A model generated the notes under the pieces. It saw nothing but the letters and a program-made list of their open reading frames with translations. It was not told where the DNA came from and ran no database searches. From an uncultured Spirochaetota bacterium (GTDB lineage Bacteria > Spirochaetota > Brevinematia > Brevinematales > JAOACQ01): a DNA stretch of 64,000 nucleotides. Positions 19,269 to 28,664 of this stretch are shown in pieces; the first letter of the stretch is position 1, and every line of letters begins with the position of its first letter. A program made the position numbers and the translations under genes. The stretch lies in the NCBI GenBank assembly GCA_963768055.1, contig CAVYGN010000001.1:704001-768000 (forward strand). Direction: 5' to 3'.

Positions 19269-19982
19269 TTTTTGTCTCCTAATATTTTAGGCGACAACTA
19301 TCCTAACACACGGGGAAATTCATTACCTGGTTATAAATTATTTGGAACTTTTGAACCAATGAGATTGAATTTATGGTGGTCAAAATATCAATCGAGGCAT
19401 TATTTTTTTAAGTTATTAAATATTATTAATAATAATATTAATATAAAATTATCATCTGAATGGTGTAATACAATTAAGAGAGCTTCAATATTAGTTGGAA
19501 GAAGTATTAGTTCAAAAGATATTAGCTACGCATTTCTTCAAAATATGATCGTAATTGAAATGCTTTTAACAGAACAAGGGGATAAATATTCTGATGTTTT
19601 ACCAGAGAGAATTGAAAGTTTTATAGGTTGGACTGGATACTGGAAAACAAATGATTATAGTAATAAAATTAAGTATCTTTATAAATTGAGATGTGAAATT
19701 GTACATGATGGAAAATATGACAATATAAAAGTTGAAGATTTATTATTCAGTGATGAAATTATTTTTAATTTATTTAATAACATGATTAGAAATATAAATA
19801 TTTTCAAATCAAAAAAGGATTTAATTTCATTTTCAAAGAAGGTTCAAGCAGAACATATTCTTGGAATTAATAGTAAAGTAAGACCCAAAACTTTAAGTTT
19901 TACTCAAAAATCATATGATAAAAAAGATCTTGAAGAGATAATATAGAAATCTTATTCAAAAATTATAGTGTAAATTAAATTA

Positions 19983-20020
19983 TCGGGGAACTTCTTGATT
20001 AGGGTTCCCCGAAATTTTAT
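19983..20020 (+). terminator. Putative intrinsic terminator
   Basis: tcggggaac..gttccccga stem followed by an A/T-rich tract after the HEPN gene. Confidence 0.6.
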
Positions 20021-20055
20021 ATTGACAGATTATATAAAATGTCGTAAAATAGGGT

Positions 20056-20299
20056 GTACTAAATTCGTACCATTTTAGTACCACTATTTTGATAAAATAC
20101 CAATGGTATTCTGCTAAGTGTCCTTTGTATTTGTAGTAATATCAATGGGTTGGGGATTTTGGAAATTATTTTATCCGATCCACCCCCGACCAATGGTTTT
20201 TTCGATTAGGCTAATCTTAACTCATTCCATCCAAATACTTTAGCAAAATACCATCCAGGCTTTCTTAATAAGTAGTACCACTTTAGTACCACTTCAGTA
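20056..20299. repeat. Two clusters of 11-bp-period gtacca(c/t)ttta repeats
   Basis: gtac at 20056, 20067, 20078 and at 20275, 20286 (gta at 20297). Confidence 0.65.
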
Positions 20300-20480
20300 A
20301 TGCCAGCATATCATAATTGCATGTATAATATGGAAATAGATTGACACTCGATATTTTGTAGAAGTAGTGTCAGCAAATGTCAATAATGAGTGCCAGTTCT
20401 CCCCTAATTTTGTCCGGAATGTGTGGGGCATGCTCCACACTTATTGAAGTGCCTTGAATGTCCCGAATTCCTGCCGACAA

Positions 20481-20527
20481 TTCTTAGTCTGGCAATTTTT
20501 GATAAATCTGTGGGACAGGATTAGAAT
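20481..20527 (+). promoter_or_regulatory. P module
   Basis: ttcttagtctgg (as upstream of P at 5555), then TTGATA (20499)-N17-TAGAAT (20522). Confidence 0.75.
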
Positions 20528-20601
20528 TATGATAAGTGTATTAATTCTGTATGTGTTAATGTTCTTTTCTATTATTTCAAATATGTTGATGAGATAAAAA
20601 A

Positions 20602-20895
20602 ATGGATTATAAGTTTGATGACAGACGGAGAGATGTAAGGAAACCTCTTCTATTGGATGCTGAATATGAATTAAATGGAACTTTATGTTCGTGTAATATT
20701 GTTGACATATCAGCTCGAGGCATAGGAATGAGAGTAAAAGGATGCCTTATAGTTGGGGATAAAATAAATATAATATTGGATAAAAATAATATTACCGCAA
20801 AAGTAGTCAGGGTAGATGGAAATATTGTCGGAGTGATGTTTGACCAATTATCAAATGAAATGCTGAATTATATCCTGAGTTTAAATACATTATGA
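20602..20895 (+). CDS. PilZ domain protein
   Basis: RRDVR (RxxxR) and DISARG (DxSxxG). Confidence 0.9.
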   Translation: MDYKFDDRRRDVRKPLLLDAEYELNGTLCSCNIVDISARGIGMRVKGCLIVGDKINIILDKNNITAKVVRVDGNIVGVMFDQLSNEMLNYILSLNTL

Positions 20896-20962
20896 AACTT
20901 ATTATGAAAGTTCTATTGACTAATATCTGGTATAGGGATTAAGATGTTGATAGGAAAAAACT

Positions 20963-21796
20963 ATGAATGTTTTGATTTATACACAATCGAACTATGCCAG
21001 AATTACATTTATCAATGCCTTGTTTCCCGCCGGAATAACTTTATATCAAACAGAGCACTCTGAGACTATAATCAATGATATTCAACGGCATACCCCTGCA
21101 ATAGTTGTTTTGGATGTTATTAAGGAAGATTTTATTATCGTTTTTGAGATCGTAAAACAAATAAAAAACCATCCTTCTGAAGAGGTTAAAAAGACAGGTA
21201 TAATTCTTCTTATCGGCTCTATTGATAAACAAACCATTACATCTGCAATTCAGTTCGGCGTCATTGGATTTATTAAAAGTAATGCCGCAGTTGATTTTGT
21301 TAGCAAATATATTATAGATGCCTATCAAAAGGTTCGAGGGATTCCACCTGAAAGAAAATATATAAGGGTTAAAATCGACCCTAATGATGGGGTTGGTATT
21401 AAATTTCGGTCTCCTGTTAATTCACAGCTTATTATCGGTCAAATAAAAGATATAAGTTTCGGCGGTATCGCTGTCGAATTAGTTGGGGCATTTCCTCCCG
21501 ATTCAATAACTATCGGTTCTGAGATAACAAACATGCAGTTTATTATAGAGGGGAGGGATATATTTATAGATGGAATAGTGGTTGCTTACCAGAAAAATTT
21601 TTGTGCCTTTAGGTTTAAAAATATGACACCAGAAATAAAGGGAACCATTTCTCAGTATATTTTCAAAAAAATATCTGGTATAGGAGAAGATAAAAAAGTT
21701 GGGAATAAAGAAAATGGAAACGGTGATAATTCTGGAAATAAGGATAATCCCCAGGAGCAGGATAAAGATCCGCAGGAACCAAATGGACAACAATGA
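20963..21796 (+). CDS. Receiver-like plus PilZ domain protein
   Basis: IVVLDV receiver-like N-terminus; RKYIR and DISFGG. Confidence 0.8.
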   Translation: MNVLIYTQSNYARITFINALFPAGITLYQTEHSETIINDIQRHTPAIVVLDVIKEDFIIVFEIVKQIKNHPSEEVKKTGIILLIGSIDKQTITSAIQFGVIGFIKSNAAVDFVSKYIIDAYQKVRGIPPERKYIRVKIDPNDGVGIKFRSPVNSQLIIGQIKDISFGGIAVELVGAFPPDSITIGSEITNMQFIIEGRDIFIDGIVVAYQKNFCAFRFKNMTPEIKGTISQYIFKKISGIGEDKKVGNKENGNGDNSGNKDNPQEQDKDPQEPNGQQ

Positions 21797-21807
21797 ATAA
21801 ATTATTT

Positions 21808-21834
21808 GCTCTTCCCCCCTCTGCTTTCCCTGCC
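21808..21834 (+). repeat. R intergenic element
   Basis: gctcttcccccctctgctttccctgcc. Confidence 0.8.
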
Positions 21835-21859
21835 TGTATATGACTTATAGTTCCGAGTA

Positions 21860-21901
21860 AGCAAAATAAATGTTGAATAATTCATCCCTGGATGACATAA
21901 T
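21860..21901 (+). promoter_or_regulatory. Second promoter module (P2)
   Basis: TTGAAT-N17-CATAAT; homologous to 4566-4607. Confidence 0.65.
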
Positions 21902-21910
21902 AAAGAATAA

Positions 21911-22441
21911 ATGATTATGGGGGAAAATATGACTGCTAAAGAAAAAGTTGTCGAGATAATGACATATATTATTGTTCCATCTGCCTTTCTGATAATTTCA
22001 CCATTATTAGCTAAATTTCTCGATTATATAATCCTAAAGGCAAATTATTTATTAGCACCTAATTCTGTTATTATATTAATTGGCATCTTCATATCATTGA
22101 TAGGATTATTTTTAGTATTTTGGACTATTTTCTTATTTAAAAAATTCGGGAAAGGAACGCCAAATCCGACTATTCCGCCTAAAGAATTGGTGATTAAAGG
22201 TCCATATAAAATTGTGAGAAATCCGATGGCGCTGGGAGGGGCTATTTTATTACTTGGAGAAGTGATAATTTATTACTCATTATTTTTACTGATACTGTCA
22301 ATATTGTATGTAATTATACTTTATTTTAATGCAATGCTGATTGAAGAACCTGAATTGATTAAAAGATTTGGCAAACCGTATGAACAGTATTTAAAAGAAG
22401 TTCCAAGATTTTTCCCGAAAGTATTTGGTCCGGCAAAATAA
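21911..22441 (+). CDS. Isoprenylcysteine carboxyl methyltransferase/PEMT family protein
   Basis: GKGTPNP, LVIKGPYKIVRNPM, EEPELIKRFG..Y..VPRF. Confidence 0.9.
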   Translation: MIMGENMTAKEKVVEIMTYIIVPSAFLIISPLLAKFLDYIILKANYLLAPNSVIILIGIFISLIGLFLVFWTIFLFKKFGKGTPNPTIPPKELVIKGPYKIVRNPMALGGAILLLGEVIIYYSLFLLILSILYVIILYFNAMLIEEPELIKRFGKPYEQYLKEVPRFFPKVFGPAK

Positions 22442-22468
22442 TTGGCATATTCTATAGTAGTTCTTTAC

Positions 22469-22536
22469 TTGCCTCACATTTTCCAGCATTGCCAGGCAAT
22501 TGAATTTTTGATAAATCGCCAAGAGTGGATAGAATA
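22469..22536 (+). repeat. Linker + P element
   Basis: ttccagcattgccaggcaattgaattt, then TTGATA (22508)-N16-TAGAAT (22530). Confidence 0.75.
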
Positions 22537-22560
22537 ATAAAAATCAGAAAAGGAGTAATT

Positions 22561-22890
22561 ATGAAAATTGAAAATCTGCCATTTATTGTATCTGATTGGA
22601 ATAAAGGAAATAGTCAAAGAGTAAATGGTGAAAGTGGATTCTCGGATATTAAAATATTTGAGCAGGGTAATATCAGAGTTAGATTAGTCGAGTATTCACC
22701 TAATTACAAAGCAGACCATTGGTGCAAAAAAGGGCATATTGTTTTTATTATTGATGGAGATGTAATGATAGAAATAGAAGACGGAAGAAAATATGAACTA
22801 TCAAAGGGTATGAGTTTTCAAGTAGCTGATAATATCGATGCGCATAAAGCCTATTCTGTTAAAGGGGCGAAAGCATTTATTGTGGATTAA
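22561..22890 (+). CDS. DHCW-motif cupin-fold protein
   Basis: ADHWCKKGH; AAGGAG RBS. Confidence 0.9.
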   Translation: MKIENLPFIVSDWNKGNSQRVNGESGFSDIKIFEQGNIRVRLVEYSPNYKADHWCKKGHIVFIIDGDVMIEIEDGRKYELSKGMSFQVADNIDAHKAYSVKGAKAFIVD

Positions 22891-22900
22891 TGAGAATTGT

Positions 22901-22940
22901 CGCTTCCGTCCCCACTGCTTTTTCCTGCTATGAGGGAGGT
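22901..22940 (+). repeat. R intergenic element
   Basis: cgcttccgtccccactgctttttcctgctatgagggagg. Confidence 0.8.
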
Positions 22941-22965
22941 TAGAAATGAATTTTGAGGTCATTTT

Positions 22966-23820
22966 ATGATAGATTTAAAATTATTAAAAAAAATAGCAAC
23001 AGGCGGTCAGGCAGAAATATTTGAAATTAATGAAAATATGGTTTTAAGGTTGCTTTATAGGGAAGAAGACAACATTTTAGCCGAATATGAATTTAAATCA
23101 TTGCAAATTGCAAAACAGAATGGAATATATGTACCCGCTGTTTTTGAGATAGTAAATGTTGATAATAGACCTGGCATAATAATGGAAAAAACTAATGGTA
23201 TTACAATGACAAAAATGATTCAAGCAAATCCTTTTAAATTGTTTAAAAAAGCGAAAGAACTTGGTGAACTTCATTACAATTTAAATAAAATTGATGCCCC
23301 CGAAGGTTTTATAAATTTAAAGCAAATGGCAATGAAATTTGTTGAAAAATCGACTTTTATTGATTCGGAAATTAAGAATTTTGTTTATATGATATTAGGG
23401 CAATTACCAGACGGTGTTAAATTGTGCCACGGAGATTTTCATCCCGGGAATATTATTATCAGAGATAGCAACTCATATATAATAGATTGGTGTGGGGCAA
23501 CAAGCTCTGACCCCATTGCAGATGTCGCTGATACATATTTAATATTAAAAAATATGCCGAGATTGCCAGATATATCATTCTTTTCTTATCAAATTATGAA
23601 ATTAGCCGGATTGTTAGTTGCTAAAACGTATTTTAATTCATATAACCGTCATTATAAAATTGACACAAATCTGTTTTCCAAATGGCTGGTAGTTAGAGCT
23701 GCTGAAAGAACATATTATGGAATGTCCTCTGAAAAGGTGGCTTTAGTAAAATTCATTTATAAATGCTATAATGAATATTCTAATCGGAAAGATAATTATA
23801 AGTGGTATAAATTCTTATAG
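22966..23820 (+). CDS. Aminoglycoside phosphotransferase-family kinase
   Basis: HGDFHPGN and IIDW; substrate not inferable. Confidence 0.85.
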   Translation: MIDLKLLKKIATGGQAEIFEINENMVLRLLYREEDNILAEYEFKSLQIAKQNGIYVPAVFEIVNVDNRPGIIMEKTNGITMTKMIQANPFKLFKKAKELGELHYNLNKIDAPEGFINLKQMAMKFVEKSTFIDSEIKNFVYMILGQLPDGVKLCHGDFHPGNIIIRDSNSYIIDWCGATSSDPIADVADTYLILKNMPRLPDISFFSYQIMKLAGLLVAKTYFNSYNRHYKIDTNLFSKWLVVRAAERTYYGMSSEKVALVKFIYKCYNEYSNRKDNYKWYKFL

Positions 23821-23855
23821 CTCTTCTTCTCCCTCAGTTTGCCTGCTATGAGGGA
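23820..23855 (+). repeat. R intergenic element
   Basis: gctcttcttctccctcagtttgcctgctatgaggga, overlapping the TAG stop. Confidence 0.85.
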
Positions 23856-23885
23856 TCGTGCTAATGAATTTGTTCAAGGATATTT

Positions 23886-24401
23886 ATGAAATTAATCGTT
23901 ATTGTTGCACAAGATAAATTCAATAATACTGAATATAAAACGGTCATTAATACACTTGAAAAACATAAAATATTTTTTGAAACAGCATCAGTCTTAAAAT
24001 CAAAAGCAGTCGGTTATGGCTCTTTTTCTATCATGCCAGATAAATCTATCCAGGAATTAATTGTTTCTGATTATGATTGCTTTATCATTATTGGTGGGTC
24101 AGGGTGTAAGAAACATTTATGGGAATATGATATTCTTCACAATAAAATTAAAACTGCTTTTGAAAGCAACAAAATTTTAGCTGCAATTTGTCTGGCACCG
24201 ATATGTTTTATTTATTCGGGAATAATCAAAAACTCTTTTATTACGGCACATAAAACTGCTGAAACATTAAAAATAATAAAAGAAAGCGATAATATTTACA
24301 AAGACAATGATGTATATGTAAATGAAAATATTATTACAGCTAATGGACCAAAAGCATCTTATGAATTTTGTAAGTTAGTAATAAATAAATTAAAAATGTG
24401 A
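23886..24401 (+). CDS. DJ-1/PfpI family protein
   Basis: IIGGSG, AAICLAP nucleophile Cys, IITANGP. Confidence 0.9.
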   Translation: MKLIVIVAQDKFNNTEYKTVINTLEKHKIFFETASVLKSKAVGYGSFSIMPDKSIQELIVSDYDCFIIIGGSGCKKHLWEYDILHNKIKTAFESNKILAAICLAPICFIYSGIIKNSFITAHKTAETLKIIKESDNIYKDNDVYVNENIITANGPKASYEFCKLVINKLKM

Positions 24402-24469
24402 GTTTCCTACCTCCCTAAAAAGAATCCCTTCGGTATTTTGTAAATATAATTGGGAAGTTTACTCGTCCA

Positions 24470-25048
24470 GTGCTGAATGCGATTGAAAAAGTGAAGGATT
24501 TGCCAATTGACATTATTGCTCCTTCACATGGACTGGTGTGGAGAAAACATCCCGAACATATTATTGAACTTTATAAGAAATGGTCTGAATATGCTGATGC
24601 CCCGACGGAAACGGGCATTACTCTGATTTATGGAACAATGTATGGAAACACAGATGTGATGATGAATGCAGTAGCTCAAGGAATAGCAAGCGAGGGTGTC
24701 CCTGTCAGTATTTTTGATGCTGCCCGCACTCACCCGAGCTATATCCTTCCATCCCTCTGGACACAGAAAGGTGTTTTAATTGGTGCTCCCACATATGAAG
24801 CAAGCCTTTTCCCTCCAATAGCTCGGATTCTTGAAATAGCCGCTTTAAAAAGAGTTATGAATAAAAAAGCCGCAATGTTCGGCAGCTATGGATGGAGTAA
24901 AGGTGCTTTAACAGAAATTAAAAAGTTGATTGACCCATTGAAATGGGAAATGCCGATGACTTTTGAATTCCCAGGGGGACCAGACAAAGGAAAATTAAAA
25001 CAGGGAGAAGAGTTTGGCGCAGCATTCGCAAGGCTTGTTAAAGCTTAA
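24470..25048 (+). pseudogene. FprA-type flavodiiron protein, C-terminal fragment
   Basis: IAPSHGLVWR, YGTMYGNT, FGSYGWS; most of the N-terminal MBL domain is absent. Confidence 0.8.
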
Positions 25049-25090
25049 GAATAAACAGAAAATAAGCGATATGTATGTTCTCGACATGAT

Positions 25091-25184
25091 TTCCCTGCTC
25101 CTTCTGCTTTGCCTCACCTCACCCTTGTACAGCATTGCCGGACTCCTATGAATTTTGATAAATCTCAAGGACAGGATTAGAATA
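25091..25184 (+). repeat. R-linker-P composite element
   Basis: ttccctgctccttctgctttgcc..cagcattgccg..TTGATA (25155)-N17-TAGAAT (25178). Confidence 0.8.
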
Positions 25185-25417
25185 ATAGTGAGTGGAGGGT
25201 ATATGACAAAAGAAATATTCCTTCTATTAAATCTGGTTCTTGCTTTCGAAGGATGAATCTGGCGGTAAGAGTGTTTATCTGTCAAAGATTTTAAAGACTC
25301 ATTGGATAAGAACGGTACTATGGAATGCAAACGGTTTGATGCTTCTATTTGTGACCATTCAGATTTTATCTAAGTAGTTTAGAGTTGGGGCTCCAAAATT
25401 TTATGAAAGGATTGAAT

Positions 25418-26245
25418 ATGAAAAAAGCCTTTTTAATAGTAAGTAGTCTTTTTATCTTAACCTTATCAGCATATAGCGTTGAAAATTCCTCTTCAAAAAA
25501 TAACATCTTTATTAAAGATTTGAGCACCTATTTTACAAATTATGATGGCTGTTTTGTGCTATATGACAATTCTAAAGGAATATATACAATATATAACGAA
25601 GAAAAAAGCATGAAAGAAATATCCCCCTGTTCCTCATTTAAAGCAATAAATTCTCTTATTGGCTTAGAAACAAAAGTTGTTGATGATGAGAAAACAGTCT
25701 TTAAATGGAATGGGACAAAATATCCAATGGATTCCTGGAACCAGGATCTTAATATGGCACAGGCAATATCTCTTTCGGCTTACTGGTATTATCAAATTGT
25801 TGCAAAGAATGTTGGTGAAAAAAGGATGCAATATTATTTAAATGCTATTGATTATGGTAATAAAGATATATCAGGTGGGATAACTCAATTCTGGGAGCAA
25901 TCTTCATTAAAAATCTCTCCAAAAGAGACAGTTGATGTTTTGAGGAAAATTTACTTTTATAACGTCCCTTTTTCCCGAAGAAATATTGGCATTCTTAAAA
26001 AAATAATACGATTAAAAGAGCAGAATGGTATTATCTTATATGGGAAAACTGGAACTGGTTTATCAAGCTCTGGATTTGCTTTTAATCCTGGTGATGAGAG
26101 CATAAATGGATGGTTTATTGGATTTGTTGAAAATAATGGGAAAGTTTATTTTTTTGCGACAAATATAGGTGCTAAAAAAAATGCTACTGGATGGGTGGCA
26201 AAGGATATAACTTTGAATATATTGAAAAATAAAAATATATTGTAA
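25418..26245 (+). CDS. Class D beta-lactamase / BlaR-sensor-like protein
   Basis: Signal peptide, SSFK (SxxK), YGN, FW..SSLKIS, KTG, GWFIG. Confidence 0.85.
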   Translation: MKKAFLIVSSLFILTLSAYSVENSSSKNNIFIKDLSTYFTNYDGCFVLYDNSKGIYTIYNEEKSMKEISPCSSFKAINSLIGLETKVVDDEKTVFKWNGTKYPMDSWNQDLNMAQAISLSAYWYYQIVAKNVGEKRMQYYLNAIDYGNKDISGGITQFWEQSSLKISPKETVDVLRKIYFYNVPFSRRNIGILKKIIRLKEQNGIILYGKTGTGLSSSGFAFNPGDESINGWFIGFVENNGKVYFFATNIGAKKNATGWVAKDITLNILKNKNIL

Positions 26246-26249
26246 AATA

Positions 26250-26287
26250 GCTCTTCCGCTCCCTCTGCTTTGCCTGCTATGAGAAGG
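26250..26287 (+). repeat. R intergenic element (near consensus)
   Basis: gctcttccgctccctctgctttgcctgctatgagaagg; its end falls at the RBS position of the next gene. Confidence 0.85.
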
Positions 26288-26291
26288 TATT

Positions 26292-26990
26292 ATGAAAGAA
26301 GAAATCAAAACAATTAAATTAGGTATAGTTAATTGCTTCCTTATAAAATCTGATATAGGTTTTATGTTAATAGACACTGGATTTTCAAGCAGCCGTATTA
26401 AACTTGAAAATGAACTTGATTGCGCAGGGTGTCTCCCTGGAAATCTTAAATTAATTGTTTTGACTCATGGTGATGCTGACCATACTGGCAATGCTGATTT
26501 CATCCGTAATAAATATAATTCAAAAATAGCTTTGAATAAAAATGATTTAATGATGGTCGAAAGTTTTATTGAGCAAGCAAATAGTTTAAAGAATAGAGAA
26601 ACCAGTCTTTTGATTACTGGAATTATTTTAAGATTAAGTATGGCTATCACCAGTTTGAAATTTATAAATAATAAACTTAAAGCTAATTATATTAGTTTTA
26701 AACCCGATTTATATTTAGAGGACGAACAGGATTTAAAGGGATACGGGTTCAATGCGAAAGTAATTCATATTCCCGGACACACAAAAGGTTCAATTGGTAT
26801 TTTGACTGAAAATTATGACTTAATTTGTGGAGATATTCTAAGGAATTATGGAAAACCAGCGATATGTCCTCAAGGTGAAGATTTAAAAGTTCTTTATTCA
26901 AGTATCGAAAAAATTAAGAAATTAAAAATCAGAATGGTATATCCTGGTCATGGTAAACCGTTTAAAATGGACGATTTATTTAAAAATTAA
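26292..26990 (+). CDS. MBL-fold metallo-hydrolase
   Basis: THGDADHTG, IPGHT, GD, YPGHG. Confidence 0.9.
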   Translation: MKEEIKTIKLGIVNCFLIKSDIGFMLIDTGFSSSRIKLENELDCAGCLPGNLKLIVLTHGDADHTGNADFIRNKYNSKIALNKNDLMMVESFIEQANSLKNRETSLLITGIILRLSMAITSLKFINNKLKANYISFKPDLYLEDEQDLKGYGFNAKVIHIPGHTKGSIGILTENYDLICGDILRNYGKPAICPQGEDLKVLYSSIEKIKKLKIRMVYPGHGKPFKMDDLFKN

Positions 26991-27032
26991 AAAGAAAAAT
27001 AAATATGCAATTCCTGATACTTCCCATTTCTA

Positions 27033-27173
27033 ATGTTTGTCCTTGTAATTGGCTTCATATTGGGCTTAGTATTGGAAATACATAAATATTGGTTTATCCT
27101 GGATTTTTTAGTCATTATAATTTGTGGGATCAGCGGTGTAGTGCTTTTAATTGAAAAAAAAGGCAGTAAATAA
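27033..27173 (+). CDS. Small 2-TM protein or gene remnant (46 aa)
   Basis: MFVLVIGFILGLVLEIHKYWFILDFLVIIICGISGVVLLIEKKGSK, translated by hand; followed by R. Confidence 0.45.
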   Translation: MFVLVIGFILGLVLEIHKYWFILDFLVIIICGISGVVLLIEKKGSK

Positions 27174-27184
27174 AATTTAAAGCT

Positions 27185-27277
27185 TATTCTTCCGCTCCCT
27201 CTGCTTTGCCTTCCTTCCCTTTTTCCAGCTTGCCACACTCCATTGAATTGATAAAAGCGCCAAGGGAAGATAGAATA
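27185..27277 (+). repeat. Full R-linker-P element
   Basis: tattcttccgctccctctgctttgcc..ttccagcttgcc..TTGATA (27248)-N17-TAGAAT (27271). Confidence 0.85.
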
Positions 27278-27347
27278 AGGGATTATTCTTATATAAGAAG
27301 CGGCATATTTTGTGTTATAAAGATTGCTTTACCCCATTATTTTGTAT

Positions 27348-27746
27348 TTAAACAAAATTCTGAATCCTGAATGGTTCTCCGATTTCAACTATGTGATTAT
27401 CGGGATCATAAAATCTGAATACATTTTGCCCCCAAGCCTGTTTTTCAATCTCATGTATAAATTTTACATTCCCATCTTTAATCCTTTCAAATGCATCTTC
27501 CAAATGATCGCATTCAAAATAAATAAGCAGATTTTTGCTGCCCTGTTTGAATTTTGAAAATAATCGATCTTTCTTAAAAACAGTTTTAATCAGGTTTCGG
27601 GAATTATGAATAACGAAATGATCCTCAAAAATGACTATGGTACCGTAGTCTTCTAAAACGTGTAAACCAAGTAATTCAATATAAAACCTTTTTGAAAGGC
27701 TGATATTTTTGACAAAAACAATTGTGTTTACAAATTTTACTTTCAT
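27348..27746 (-). CDS. VOC/glyoxalase family protein
   Basis: SKRFYIELLGL, QAWGQNVFRFYDPDNHIVEIGE. Confidence 0.9.
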   Translation of the reverse strand: MKVKFVNTIVFVKNISLSKRFYIELLGLHVLEDYGTIVIFEDHFVIHNSRNLIKTVFKKDRLFSKFKQGSKNLLIYFECDHLEDAFERIKDGNVKFIHEIEKQAWGQNVFRFYDPDNHIVEIGEPFRIQNFV

Positions 27747-27910
27747 AGTTTTTCCTTATAATATAACTAAATAGAATAAGTATTTTAAAAGAGAATTTAT
27801 CTTTGTCAAGAGGACAGGCAAGAGTATTTTATTATAGATTCATTTGTATCAATATCATGCTCAGAATATATAACAGTGGCTAAAACTCTTATGATCCTCC
27901 CTTATGCCCC

Positions 27911-27983
27911 GCCTGCCTTCCCCCCTTTCCAGCTTTGCCTGACAAATGAAATTTTGATAAAAACGCCAAGAGGGTATAGAATA
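27911..27983 (+). repeat. Partial R-linker-P element
   Basis: gcctgccttcc..tccagctttgcctgacaaatgaaatt, then TTGATA (27954)-N17-TAGAAT (27977). Confidence 0.8.
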
Positions 27984-28664
27984 AGGTAATGGGATTAAAA
28001 GGTTAAATCATTATTTTGGAGGTTTTATGTTTAAGAGAGCTGTACTAATAAATTATATATTATTTTAGTGATTGAGATGAGTTATGGCAAAGAATGTTTT
28101 TGAAATTTTATTATATAGAATTAAACGTGAAGAATTTTATTTAAAATACCGAAATGCATTGAATATTAAATTATCTGAATTTTATACAGAAAAAGATCCT
28201 AATGCTTTAAATTTCGAGGATTTATTTTTGAACTTATGGAGGGCCTTGGGAATACAATCGGGTAATCGGCGCAATTAAAATATATATTTTTGGAAACCAA
28301 ATAAGAGGAGATTTATGGTTATCCGGGAAAAAAAGATATTTAAAAATAATGACTAATAAAAACATTCATAGCTTTGATAAAGCATTTGAAATTAACAGTA
28401 TTTGATAATATGACAAATTATGATATTTCTAAAAAAATAAAGGAAAGAACTTATGAGTATTTTTCGCAATACTTTGTATTGTGCTTCAAGCTCTCTTTCT
28501 TCTTCACTGTCAGAATAATCAGGCGGAATGATTGGCATAAGGGCTCCTTGTTGACTTTTTATTTTCTTTAATTATAATTTGTTTTTAACAATTTGTAAGT
28601 GATAAAAGTATTTAACAGATTGATTATCATTGTATAAAATAACATTTGATTTTAGGGGCTGCTA

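Larger units (their letters stand above)
17720..19315 (-). mobile_element. IS3-family element, copy 2
   Basis: Same length, ends and translated ORFs as copy 1; duplication aaat. Confidence 0.95.
17312..19946 (+). pseudogene. ApeA-like HEPN-domain protein interrupted by IS3
   Basis: Removing the IS and one aaat rejoins ..ADPN|SLPG.. in frame (about 344 aa); C-terminal RCEIVH Rx4H motif. Confidence 0.8.

Noticed and set aside
19257..19319. ORF 19257-19946 as an independent gene
   Set aside because: Its start lies inside the IS3; it is the 3' half of the HEPN gene.
20341..20440. Inverted repeats (tgacact/agtgtca; gtgtggggc/gctccacac) as CIRCE or a riboswitch
   Set aside because: They do not match the CIRCE consensus or spacing, nor any riboswitch I can recognise.
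26250..26287. R as a minus-strand coding repeat (reads ..IAGKAEGAEEL)
   Set aside because: Indels between copies do not preserve frame and no consistent ORF contains it.
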